Assembly (NCBI GenBank): GCA_043228905.1
Contig: JBHGNT010000004.1
Coordinates: 25,296,001-25,360,000, forward strand
Reading direction: 5' to 3'
Length of the DNA: 64,000 bases
DNA from: Azolla caroliniana
Lineage: Eukaryota > Plantae > Polypodiophyta
Every line of letters starts with the position of its first letter. Position 1 is the first letter of the stretch. This document shows positions 35,701-49,100 of the stretch, in pieces. The position numbers were made by a program, and so were the translations under genes. The notes under the pieces were generated by a model, which was not told where the DNA came from, made no database searches, and was given only the letters and a program-made list of their open reading frames with translations.

Positions 35701-38700
35701 AGCTACAGGTGCATGTAAGGCATGAAACCTTGCAAAGATTGACAGGAGTGTATCAAGCATTGTGCTCAGAAAGACTTGCAAATCCGACTTTTGTGATGGA
35801 AACTTTCAATTGGATTCCTAGTAAGTTGATCAGATGCTGTTTTGACAAAGAATGCAAAGAGCTCAGGTTGGTTCCCTATGATAACCACCTCCTCTGATTT
35901 GTTTCAAACTTTTTTTCCTGCAGCTTTATAGTCTATTTTTTATTTATGTGCACGCAGAGCTCAGGCTATGGAGGTGGTTTTCTCTGAGCAGTTGTTCCCT
36001 GCAGATTTTCCTGTGATTGAAAGAACAAAATGTTGGATTTCCTTTTTTAGTGCCTTCGATGAGAATGATGTTAAAGCCCTTGAAAGAATTTTGCAGCAAA
36101 AGCAAAGGTCACTACATGTATATAGAGTTTTTAATTTAAAATCATCTGTACATGCTGATGGCAGTTATAATTTTTAGTTGTTTCTGATATTTAGAATTTC
36201 GTTTTACCTTGGATATATTTAAATGTCTACAGAACGTCACATTTGAGGGAATCTATATTGATATCTGTAAACGTTGTTTTGCGTTGGATATATGTAGGTT
36301 GCAAATTGAAATGCAAAACTATTTACGATTCCAGCCAAAAGTGGAGGTAATACAATTTTCCAAGGATGAACTATTATTTGTGCTGCTTGTACCTTTTATC
36401 TAAGTTCTGTTTATGATAATGAATTATTTCACAATACAAGGATGAGGAGAATACAAAGAGACTTCTCTTATCTTGCAAAAACATGGGCCCTTCCTTTATG
36501 GATCCTGCAAATGCAGAATCTGAGCTTCAAGAATTGATTCAATTGAAGGATGGCAAATTACTGAAAGTTTTGTCTGAATTATTGGATCCAAATACAACTC
36601 TTTCACAAGCTGTATCATTAAAGGTAACATCAAAACAAAGATCTTAGGTTTATAACATGGTAAATTGTATATCTTTCTGACTTCAATCTGTATATTTCAT
36701 CCAGAAAAATCTCCTGGAGTGGATAGATGAGAAACATCCTCGGCATGAATTCCTGAAAGTTCTTTCAGTAAAATGTTCATTTATACTTTTTGGAAGAGAG
36801 CACATGCAGGCATTAGTTACACAAATAGAAGATTATAATAAGCTTGGAGATGAGAAGTTCCTAAGGGCTAGCATGGGTTTACTTGTGGTATGTGTACTTA
36901 ATTGAATTGAATTCCCTCTTTCTCTCTCTGAAAGAACTCATGATTTAAGAGTTCCTAAGTCCTGAATTGGTTTTATAAGGTGTTTGCAAGGTACTTTCCT
37001 AGTCTCCTTGAAGGTCTGGAGGAAAATATTATGGAGCTACTAAAGGATGACAGGGACTTTCTGAAAGAAGGATCAGTGCAGATATTTGGGTCATTACAAG
37101 GGCAAGTTACAGAAGATTCCAAGTGAGATCTAGAATCCAATTGTAGATTGATTTTAGTATTCACAGGAAGGACTTTAAAAAAGGATTTGTGAAACTTTGA
37201 TTTAATCAAGAGTTCCTCTAAATCTAAATCAGATACATATCGTGTTTGGGTGCTACCTCTCTGTCTCAACGTGCACCATCATCAGGGTTATGCCTTCAAA
37301 GGCATATCATTCTTCACTGTCAGATCTTGGACAAGTCGTAGTAATCTGAATAATGTAGGAGTTGCACTGAGAAATCTCCTTTACAGATTTGATGCTGTAG
37401 GAGACAGAAGTTCTAGCGTATAAATGCACTAATAATGTTATGTTTGTTCAAGGAAATAGAAATGAGCAAAAGTGTGTATTTTCTACTATTTTTAAGTGGA
37501 CCATTTATGCTAATAATCTATTTCCTCACACCCTTCCCCATCCAGCTCAGTTGATTTGCTTGAAAAATTATGTGTTGAGGGAACTCGCAAACAAGTCAAG
37601 TATGCAGTCAAAGCACTTGCTGCAATTAGTGGCGACTCTGGTTTGAAAATTTTCTCCACTTTATACAGGGTAGGGTGCATATGGTTCTGGTGTGTGGGCA
37701 ATAGTAGTTTAATCTGGCAATAAAAGTTATTTGTGTATTTGGTCTGCTATTTTTTTCAGAAGCTTCTTGATCTTCTAGTTTCTGGTGTGAATCTCTCAAC
37801 GGTACTCCAGTCCCTCGGGTGCATAGCTCAGCATGATGTTTCTGTCTTTGAAACATCAGAAGATGTTCTTGTTAATTTTCTTACGAAAGATCTCTTCAGA
37901 AGAGACTGTGTAAGTGCTGTTGCATTATTAGATGTGCATAAATATGATTAATTTCTATGCTTTTCTATCCTCAATTTCTTTGTTGCATTGCAGGATGCCC
38001 TAGATGAAGAACGTGGTGACCATGCTGTCATTAGTGAAATGACTCGTCTGAAGGTGTGATCCTGACTCAGTCTCATATTTATAGAATGTGCATGACTTGT
38101 ACTATATCTTTTAGCTATGTAGAACTGGTAGTATTTATTGAAATGCTCAATAGTTTTGGTATGATGAAAAGAAAGATTAAGATAAGGTAGACATTGCTTA
38201 TGGTGATATTTTCAATAAGCTTGATCAAAAGAAAAGCAATTTGAAGTACCATTAACATTTCTATACTTTATTGATTCACAGATTTTTGGTCTCAGAACAC
38301 TGGTGAAAAGTTTTCTTCCTAAAAAGGATGTTCAGCAAGTGCAGCGATTCAAAGGGCTTTCTGGGATACTCCTGAAGTTTTTAGAATGTGGGGAAGTCTC
38401 AGACGAAATACAGTCAAGGTTTGTCAATATAGTCTCAACCATTCATTTCTTTGAGTGCTAATTGGTTTTATTAAGGTGGCTTTCATTTTCGATTTTCAGT
38501 CGTGCTGATAAGGATCATCTTCGACTAGCAGCTGGAAAGGCTTTTTTGCAGCTTTCAAAAAGATATGATGCCCAAATTTCAGCCCCAATATTTCATGCTG
38601 TTGTTTTGCTTGCAATGGTGACGTCAATTACACCGAGCTATTTTTTGTCCGACTCTTTTTGATAAATACAAACCTCAGTCTGTGCTATAACATTTTCTAC

Positions 38701-41700
38701 TTGCTAACTATACCTTTTGTATTCAGGATTCTTGTGATTTTGTGAAACATGGGTTTTTGAAGAAACTGAAAAAGCTTTTGAAGGAACGGGCTGTTCCTGA
38801 GAAGTATGTATGTGCCCTTGCGTTGAGTGTTGGTGGCGATGGTGGCGATGTCGATGATGAACTCTTGACAGAAGTGAGACAGTTTCTATTATTTTCTACT
38901 TTAAGATTCCTCAGTGTCAATAACTAGAACTTCTAGCAATGATGTCAAGCCCATACTGAATAATAGAGCAGTAAATGTCAATGGTGAACTGTTGACTGAC
39001 GTGAGACGGTTTCTCTGTATTAACAGTTTCTATATATTCTACTTTAAGAGGTCTCTGTGTCAATAATGAGAGCTTCTAATAATGATGTCAAGGCCTTACT
39101 GAATAATATAGCAGTAAATGTCCATATAAGCTTATAGGATGTCAAGACCATACTGAATTGTAGATTAATGAATATCCAATATAAGCCTATTGGACCTTGT
39201 GGCCACACTCAATATATAGCAACAAAATGCCCATATAAGCATATCTGATTTTTTAATTTAAACATGCAGGTAAAACAGGAACTTGGGAATTTTGTCGAAA
39301 CTTCACGTAGACAAGCACGGTTAAGAGATGTCACTGTGTCGGGTCAGTCAGATGACTTTCCAGTTATTCACTCTCCGGAATATGTGCTCTTCCATTATGT
39401 TCATACACTAGCCCAGGGAGCTAATTTCCCAAGTCTAGCTGAAGGTGGTCCCAGTATTGAAACTGTGAATCCCTTCTTTAGGTAAGGCACATAGCTTTTA
39501 AGCTTTGCACACACAATGCATTTGTTTAAGAGCTTGATTTTAAGAACTAATTGTTTTATTATTTATCTTTCCAGGCAACTCTCTTTGTATGTTTGGGCTT
39601 TGCTCACTAATGTCTGTGAAGAGACTGAGCCTGATGCTGAGAAAGAAGAGGATTTGGCCAAATATGCATTGATTCTTTCTATTTTTCGTAAGATGAAACT
39701 TGCAGAAGACAAGATAGATGCCACAAAGACAGAGGTAAGTTTGTTTTGCTTCTAAAATGAATTTGCAGAAAAAACATTTCATCACTGGAATTTCCTTTTG
39801 TGCATCAGAATGCTCATATTCTTTGCGACATTGGCATCGCAATTGTAAAAGATTTGGCTGATACTGAAATACCAAACTATAAAGATGAAGATAAAATTCC
39901 ACTCCCAGTTTCAATCTACAATCTTTCCGAGAATGCAAAAGAAGAAAACAAGGTGAACAAGTTTTAGTGTTGATAGTAGAACATAGTAGAACAATTAATA
40001 ATTGATTTTGACATTGACAACTTAACTATCAGTTTTTATTTCATTCAGCTTGATGGATCTCATTTACCTGCCATTTTCATGGAGGGTGACAACTTTTCAC
40101 AGATGAAGTCTTCCTTGCCTTTCCTCATGGAAATGGTAATGCCGAAATCAATTTATTCTCCGTGGAGATTACTTATTTTCTAAGTGTAATTAACTGTGTA
40201 ACAGGTTTCCAAGAAGCAGAGGAAAGGTAGTAAAGGATCCCTGAATGAGAAGCATACATCTACTGGTGAAGAACATGACCCTGACAAAGAGTCTGTAGAT
40301 GAGGAAAATGAGTCGGATACGCAGAATAGAGTTAACGAATCTTCTGGATATGATGAAGATCAAGATGCCAATCCTTTGCCTCCTGCACATATTGAGAATC
40401 ACAAGGGCTCAGAACGAAAAAAAGGCCGCAGAGAGAGAATCAAGTCTTCAGAAAATGAGACAAACATACTGAAACCAGATTCTATAGGCCCTGCCTCCCC
40501 TAAGCGTAGTAGAAGAGGAGGCCGAACACCAAAAGATCAAGAAACTGTGCAAAAACCTGCTATAGGTAAGACCTCAGACAATGCAGAGGTAAATGCAGAA
40601 CTCAATGCAGAAGACCATCCCATGTCGGAAATGGCTAGTGCTGATTCAACAACTCCTGGCATCGATGGATCAGCAAGAAAACGTGTAAGGATTTCTATCA
40701 AGAGTCCAAAACCACCTGAGGAGACATTGAATGAGGTAGTGAGGGAGAGTAGATCTGAGCATAAAAGGCATGCACCGAAGCAGGAAGGCTCAGCTGATGC
40801 GAAAACACCTGTATCTAAAAGGGAGGTTTCGGCTGATGCTAAAACACCTGCATCAAAGCGGCAGCGTTTGGCTGATACGATAAAGATAGTATCTCAGGAG
40901 GGTTCTACTGAGGTGAAAAAGTTGAAGACAAAGAAGGAGATTTATGCCGAGCCTAAGAAATCCATATTAAAGGAGGGCTCAACTGAGGCTAAAAGGCATC
41001 GTGGGAAGAAGGTACCATCTAAACGTGATTTGTCTCGACAGTTGGAGAATCATTATATGGTCATATTACAAGCATTTTTTTGTTAAACTAGAGTGTGGAC
41101 GATCAGCACGGTGATGTAATTAGTAAGGCAGCGGAGGAGGCTGAGCTTGTGAGGAGTCCACGTGGAACACCTAGAAGATCTGCCAAGAAGATTAGAATTT
41201 CTGGCTTGGAGGTTTTACTTATTCTATAGATTTTTTGCAACAGAAAATTCATAACTGAACGATTTTTAAGCTTCTAATATTTGTCCTGACTAATTTGTTA
41301 TTGAAGACCCCTCATTCTAAATCAAATACGAAGGTTGAAGGTAAAGATTTGGTGGGATCCAGAATAAGGGTGTGGTGGCCCCTTGACAAGAAGTATGTTT
41401 GTTATAGTGTTCATTTCGTCCCATGCATGTGCATTGTGTCTGTCTCTGATATTAGCCCCACTTTCAATCACAGGTTTTATAATGGAACAGTTCAGGACTA
41501 CGATGAAAAACTGAAGAAACACATGGTATGTAGCTTGGAGCCTTTTGTTATGGAAATGTTGGTTTTCTTTCTGCGTTGCTTAGAACTTGTATATACTTTT
41601 TTTTTCTTTGTCCCTAGGTGGTTTATGAAGATGGGGATGTGGAAAGGTTGAAGCTCAATAAAGAACGTTGGGAGTTAGTCCAAGATACAGAGGTGAGTTT

Positions 41701-43547
41701 TCTATTTGCTGATTTTTTACTGATAAGTATTGTTTGTATTGGCTTAATCTTATTGTGTTCTTCACAGGATGAGCTAGGATCCCCTTCAACACCTGCATCT
41801 TCTGAGCCTGGCATGTATGGTTCTGTCACTACGTATACTTTTGCATTTTGAAAGTTTCTAGTAGTTTCTGTGACTATCTATACAATGTTGTTTGGCGTTT
41901 GAAAAAACCCAGATGAAAGGAAAATGGTGGTTTTTATATGTGCTGATTATTGAATGGCTCAAGGGGCTTTGAATTTTGGTTGCTTCAGTGTCTGTTCTGT
42001 CTTATTTGCATAAATATGCAATGAATAAGTAAAATATCAACTATTGATAATTTTCAGTTGCAGTTTATTGTGGGTTTGAAAATTGCTATCCTTATTCACA
42101 AGCTTTCTATGTCAGTTGGACATGGAAGTGCACACTCATCTCTGTATCTGAGAAGATTATGGATTCATGTGATAGTTAAGAGATCCCTAAGTCTCAAACA
42201 GGGGCGTGCCAAATAATTGTCTTCTGCAATAAACTCTGGAATGTACGCTCTTTGAATTATATATCTTTTACATACAGACAATCAAAGAGGAGTATGACGA
42301 GCTCGCAGATGAAAAGAAAGTCCAGAGGAGGATTGTCCTCTTCTAAGAGGTAGTTGTAATGAGTTTTTAATTCCAGAGTGGACTGTATTTTACCATTCAA
42401 ATTGATTTAGATAACCTCACTCTACCAGATCTTACAAAAAGTCCAAGCGGGGAGAAAACTCTACTCCAAGCCAAGCAAAAGTAGAAGCAGATGGAGAAGT
42501 AGAAGCAAAATCAGGAGGAAGTGAACATAACTCAAATGGTGTTGAAGCATCAGACCGAGAACAGTTATCTGATGAGGAAAATACGCCATCTTCAAAGGGT
42601 ATGTGTAGTGACTTGTGTTTGCTATGTATATGCTCATAATTCTTATCTCTGCTAATTGTTACTCTTCTCTCATAATTGAAGTAGGTTCCTGCTATTGTTT
42701 TAACCAAGGTGGATTGATGTAGATAAGGATAATCATCTCTGTTAGTCACATTCAATTAACTTAAAAGAAAGTGATGCAAGTATTATGATTAGCTGTACTC
42801 TCTCACCCTTCCCTCACAAGAATAAGATAAGGAAAAGTGTGGTGTGCAACTAACCAATTAATAATGTGATTGGTTAGATTGGATCAGAAAGGGGTGTTTC
42901 CTGACAATAGTCTTTATGTTGTGGATATATGCACTTTTGCATATTTTCTGTTCTGTATTATTCAAGTATCCAATTGAGGATTTGTGTTGCCCACAAATAA
43001 AAAATTACCAGAATACCATTCCATAGTACATAGCATGTAGGATATTCTGGTAAGCTTTTGAAAAGTTACACTAACAAGTTGTAAACAACCAGTGGCTATT
43101 TGGTTGATTTTTCCATGATTTCTATCGGTTTTGGTTAATGGAGCTCGTTGGTGTCATGCAGTGCTGAAGGTGGAGGCAAAGTCATCAAAGCCCTCTTCAA
43201 AGAAAGCCATTGGTCAGCTGAAAGGTAGGGTCTCAAAAAGCAAAAGTGTTAAACCAACACCTGAGGGTAGTGCGGCGTCGCCAACTGAATCTAGAGAATC
43301 AAAGGATTCTGATGATGTGCCATTGGTAATTGGAAAATAAAATAATTAATCAGCTGTTTTTCTGTATGTATTTTCTTGTAAACCTCATATAATGTAACCA
43401 ATCCCCTTTTGGTTAAAACCATGCTCTTTACACTTGTTTTTTGTCTGTAGTTTTCTACGATCACTGATGCAGGATGCCATTTTGTTAATGCTGTACATGC
43501 AGGATGAATGGAAAAGCGCGAGAAAAAAAGCACGGTTACAAGAATGA
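32739..43547 (+). CDS. PDS5: Sister chromatid cohesion protein PDS5 homolog (HEAT/ARM repeats, C-terminal Tudor domain); about 30 exons, first 32739-32864, last 43503-43547
   Basis: LLKHKDKDIQVLVASCISEVLRIVAPDAPFTDE, ECLKRFNDKSVDVR, FNWIPSKLIRCCFDK, DKDHLRLAAGKAFLQLS, PEYVLFHYVHTLA, Tudor LVGSRIRVWWPLDKKFYNGTVQDYD…YEDGDVERLKLNKERWEL. GT-AG introns. Confidence 0.93.
35267..35456. repeat. About 97-bp intronic tandem duplication
   Basis: atttaatttttatgtttattaattattctatgtgctgtgttctg…ttgcaaggttcgta present twice. Confidence 0.9.
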
Positions 43548-43877
43548 AATGTGATAGTTAGTGTGAAATTCAGTCCGAGGAATGGACATCGTATCCGATA
43601 GGTAACACTGGAAAGGTAGAATTCAAATGAAAGCTCTTATTGTTTGATGATAGATACATCATGTAGGGGAAGGAACACTTGTCCCCGTGTACCATTTGCA
43701 AGAACAGGGGAGGTCTTTTCCCGAGGTATAGAAGTGCGTTTCACGAGAAGAGGGTAGTTGATGATGACAACAATGGATGCTGGAGGTGTATATGTAGAGA
43801 GAGGAAAGTTGGTGTCAAGTATTCTCGATACTTGGTTGTTGGTTAGATTCTTCACGGGTTTGACACAGTTGATGAGC

Positions 43878-43878
43878 A

Positions 43879-43916
<38 letters not shown>
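43878..43916. repeat. (ATCT)n microsatellite
   Basis: Direct reading. Confidence 0.95.
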
Positions 43917-43917
<1 letters not shown>

Positions 43918-46166
43918 GCAATAACAAGCCTTCCGAGATGCATGCTATTTGATGGGTGTCATTTGTTGTACAATATGTTTCTTTAGCTATCTCTAACATT
44001 GAATTATGAAGGGCATCTGCTTGTAGTGTAAAAAAGGAACTTTCTTTTGATGTGGATTCTTTTTTGTAGTATATAGAGTCGCGATATTTTGGTGCAGTTT
44101 GTTTCGGTGTCTAATTTGAAATATAAATAACTAAAATAAAATGTTTTCTTGATCCAGGTTTCTTGTTTTGAAGTTCTTCAGAATTGTTTTTACCCACATA
44201 AATTGTATATAGGGTTTGTTAAAGTGACATATATTTGGTTTATATTTAAAGATATGACATCTGTCTTTTCAAACTATTTCTTTGTTAGACTAAATCATGA
44301 TGGTACCTATGTAGGGCTTGTTTTAATGTGATTATGTGGGCATATTTCTCGTTCAACTTGTCACTACCAGCATATTCAATTGATGTGTTATATGATGATT
44401 TAAAAAGAATGCACATTGTCGTAGGGATGAACTTAATGAAGAATGCACATATCTTTTTAATTTTGGCTGGTTTTAGATTGAAGCCATTGTATGATATACT
44501 CTTTCTGATTTAAAAAGGTGTAATTGACTTTGTTTATTGTTTATTTTTGGAGGGTTTTAGTATGGAATGGGCGTTTTGAGTATTTGATTAATAAATTTAA
44601 TGCTAAAGTATGCATTTCTTTCAACAAGGAAGACAGTGAAGTAATTGTGTACCTTGCAAAATATAGTGGCAGAAATCAGCTTTGTATGAAAAGTTCAACA
44701 GCATCTATAAGTTATTATTGTAGCTGGAGTTAATAAAATATTGGGCGGATGGGAGATGCATAAGTATGTTCATGTACATGGTTGAGCGTGTAGGTTTATA
44801 TGTTGAACCGTGCAAATATTTTGAAACCACAGAGTATGAAAATATGATACTTCTATCCTCTGGTGGTAAGATATTGCTTGACCATTAATATTAAGAAGGC
44901 CACTTGTATTTTCTGTGACAAAAATTACACTCAAATCAATTGCAGACATGTAAAGAAATTCTTTGCCTTTCATGCAATGGGGTTCTGTCACCCTCATTGG
45001 ACAAACGATTCTAGCTAATTGGATTTGCATTGCAATACTAACATGAAAAATGCATTTCACAATTGCTTTTATCGATGGCTAGAATTAGGATGAAAATACA
45101 CTTTGTGTTGTTTAGATAGAGTTTCTTGTTAATCACTGTCATGCGTCATCAATGTTTAGGGAGGGGTTTTGTGGTATTTACATATGTAAGTTAGTTTGCA
45201 ACATACATCAAAGTTGAATTGATATGTGAATGAATAAAAACTATATATATGTGTATGAACTAAACTACCAAGGGAAAACATAAGCAATTTCGGTGACATA
45301 ATCTTTTGAAGAAGAAAAAGCAATTGGTTCAGTAGAAGATTCAACCCAATATAAGATGGTTGTCATTCTCTTATCGTCACTCAAGTCGACCAAACGTCAA
45401 GAAATTCCTCATGCAACACTAGCTATTGTATTTGTAGTTCTTTTAGGGCTACCTATTGAATCTTTCCAACACTTTGTCACGGTGCATGCACCTCACATTT
45501 ACAACAGGATTTACACAAAGCATGTGTGGCGTAGGGTTTCTTTGTCAATTACAGTTCCACTAGGGTCATTCGCTTCATGAATGGCCAAAATGGCCGGCAA
45601 GCTTATGGATGGTGTCAGGTGCTGGGCTCTGCTCGAATATGAGGATTATATATGCCCATTTGCTAAATTTAAGTATAAGAGCCTCTTATAGTTGTGAGTA
45701 GTAGCTAAGAAGAAACTGCATTTTAAAATTGTCTAGTTAAAAATACAGGTACTAGATCCACAGAAATAATACTACATGGAAAATGGAAATTAAGTAAAAT
45801 CATTAAATAAATAAATAATAAAGCACAAAAAATATATAAAGAATTTCTGAGCTTCTGCTTGTTGTCTGAAGCTGTTGCTTCTCTCTATCTCTCTCTCTCT
45901 CTCTCTCTGTGTCTCCTTTGATCATTAGAATACACACGCACACACGCATTTCGGTTTTGTGTCCCTTGATGAGTCCGAGCTCATAGGGTAAGATCAGAGA
46001 AAATTAGGGTTAGATCTGTGCTGTCAAGGGACAGAGAGCAAGAACAGATATCGGAGAGAGAAAGAAGAAAGAAAACAGACAAACACTTACCTAGAGAGAT
46101 AGAAAGAGAACAGGAATTAGTGTTATTTGTTTATTTTGTTCAACGCAGGTTAAATAATAAATATCA

Positions 46167-49100
46167 ATGGTGAAGCTTACCATGATCGCTCGTGTCACTG
46201 ATGGTTTGCCCTTAGCGGAAGGGTTGGATGATGGGAGAGTAGAGAAAGATCTAGAGTATTACAAGCAGCAAGCAAAGAATCTGTTCAAGAAGCTATCTCA
46301 AGGCCAGCATGAACCCTCCCGCATGTCCATCGAATCAGGCCCAAACGTATTTCAGTATGTAAATCTATCTTTTTTGTATTTTCCTGTTTGGATTTGATCC
46401 AACGCATGAATTGGCCTGAATGTATTCATTTTTAAGATTGTAAGTCAATCGTTTGTATGAAACGACAAGGGATAGAGCTGAGATTATTCTTGATTCAATT
46501 TGACCGAAATGGAGAGTTTTCTTCTCTTGATGTGCTATTTAATGTTACTTTTTGCAGCTACATCATAGAGGGTGGTGTTTGCTATCTCACAATGTGTGAT
46601 CGGTCCTATCCCAAAAAGCTTGCCTTTCAGTATCTTGAGGATCTCCAGAGAGAGTTTGAGAAAGTAAACCGGTCTCAGATCGAGACAGTCGCAAGACCAT
46701 ATGCATTTATCAAATTTGGTATTGATCTTGCATCTTTGAAACACTAGCCTGGTTGTGAGTTATTTCATCCATATATGCAACAGCTTTATATATTCTAAAC
46801 TGCAATTGCTTTACTTATAATTGCCTTGTTAATGTGTTTGCATGTCTTTGAAGACACATTCATACAGAAGACAAGAAAATTGTATCTGGATACACGAACA
46901 CAAAGAAATCTTGCGAAGCTGAATGATGAACTGTATGAAGTCCAGCAGATAATGACTCGAAACATCCAGGAAGTGTTGGGCGTTGGGGAAAAGCTAGATC
47001 GTAAGTAAACAGTTCAAATTTGTATAATGTCATTCCATTTTTGGCAAATACTTTGGTTGGATGAGTGTAAATTGAGATTAACAGTAGTTAGATGAGTACA
47101 AATTGAGATTAATAGGAGTAGTTAAACCACGGTTTACAATATCTTTATGTCGAAGTTGCATGAGACGTCTCCTGAACTGGAAACAGTATAAGAGTAGAAA
47201 ATTGTTGTAAATAATGAGAAAGGATGAAAATTTAGTGTGTGGGAGAATATACATATGTAGTAGATTAGAATTTGTAAATGTGAACAAATCTTTACAGGTA
47301 GTTAGGAATTTGAATGTATCTATTTTGTATTGCATTAAAACCACATTTTCATTCCTAAGACTTGTTGGTAGTCCCAGAATTGGTTGATAGAAGCTTCTAG
47401 AAACATTCCCAGTGTAGAACAGTTAGCTGCAAGTAAAAAAATTGGGCACTAATTAGTTATTTCAGAAAGGTGCAAGTAAAAAAATTTATACCCGTGCTTA
47501 GCTGCAGACATAGTAGTTGCAAAACCTAAATACATGCAAAGTCACCTAAACCATTTTGTGAATAGAATGCATCAATGGGTTCACATCTGTTGCAGAATTT
47601 GTGATTTAACTTCTTTGTTATCAGTGATTAGCAGCAACATTTTGGTGCACTGCAATCTTATGTTGGATGAATTTCTATTATGCATTGTTATGTATACCGT
47701 GAATGGTCCGAGCATAAGAATTAAGGTTCTTTGGAATTTACATTTGTTGACATATGAGGAAGAGGGCTGAGCATGAGTAAATTGTAGCAACTTGTTACTA
47801 GATAAGGAATTGAGTATACCATTTCAATTTTTGTTGGGTAAATTGGAACAACACTTGACTTGTTGTTTGTGGAAAATGTCGTTCATTCATGTGTAATTGC
47901 CGCAGTATCTCATGTGTAAGCTTGGCAATCTTTGAACAAAGTGACATGGGTAAACATTCTCCATCATCTATTGATTGTCTGTGAAGTCCACACAGGGTTC
48001 CATACTTATCTATTTGCATGTAAGCTGCATTCCTGCATGCAGTGTTCTTCATTCTTGATCTCTCTATAACATAAATTTCAAAATCTTTCTGCTTTAGGAA
48101 CGTGAAGTGCTTCTCCTGCATTGATCATAGCTGGTAGGATGTATCTCTGAGTACGATTTATATTGCTTCGTGAGCACCGTGGGGCATGTAGACCTCCACT
48201 TTGTATGACTATCTTGTGAGAGTTTAATGAGACAACCTTTATAGCAGGCCAACTTTTGGGGATTGGGAGGCCATGAGTCCTTATGGCTGCCTGTACCTGT
48301 AGGCAGGGATGGCTATAATCTCAAATAACCGTACTCTCTGAAGTGTGATCAGGGGCATTGTCGTTCTAGTATTGACACAGTTACTTCGAGTTTCTGGTGG
48401 TTTGGGTCATAGAGAAGCACCCAATCATGCTTGTAAATATAACTCCTACATAGATATAAGAATCTACTTCAACTTTCTCTACTGAGAGGGGAAAGTCAGT
48501 GAACTGGAAAATCACTGACTTAATCATTCCTAGTGAAGACGTCTTGTTGAGTGAATCAGCGTAGATGTGTAGGAAAACTATCTATAGCATTGAGGTGATG
48601 TTGTAGACCTGCATGATCATTATTATGTGATCAACATAAAGAAGAAAGAGGACTGGTGTACATAATCATGTGTGATTTAGTCCACAACCTTTTCAATGTA
48701 GAGTCCAAAGATGGTAGGGGGGAGTGGAGGGTGGCCACCCTTGCTTGTGAGTCCTCTAATAGCCCCTGTGGACACCTATGTTTTCCTGGCCCACAATGTC
48801 AGAGGAACAGCATCAAAAGATTTACGGAAATCTTCAAAACATCCACACAATCTTATCTTTTTTGTCTTTTCTTTGTCCAACATACAATGCAAAGTAAAGA
48901 TGTGGTCGGTAATAGAGGAGGCTCTCCTAAATCTTGCTTGCCCAAGGGCTTGTATCTCTATGATCTCGACTTAAATGTTTGGCTATAGTGCAGCCAATCA
49001 TTTTAGTCCCAAATCCTCCTGATGGAGGGGGTCTATTCAATTATGGAGAGTTACAATAGTGTGCATGGTCCATGTGCTGGGGAAGCCCTCTTGTAAAGCC

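Noticed and set aside
38938-39000. Intronic C/D-box snoRNA (ATGATG…CTGA)
   Set aside because: Imperfect C box, no terminal stem or recognisable rRNA guide. Explained by the local tandem duplication.
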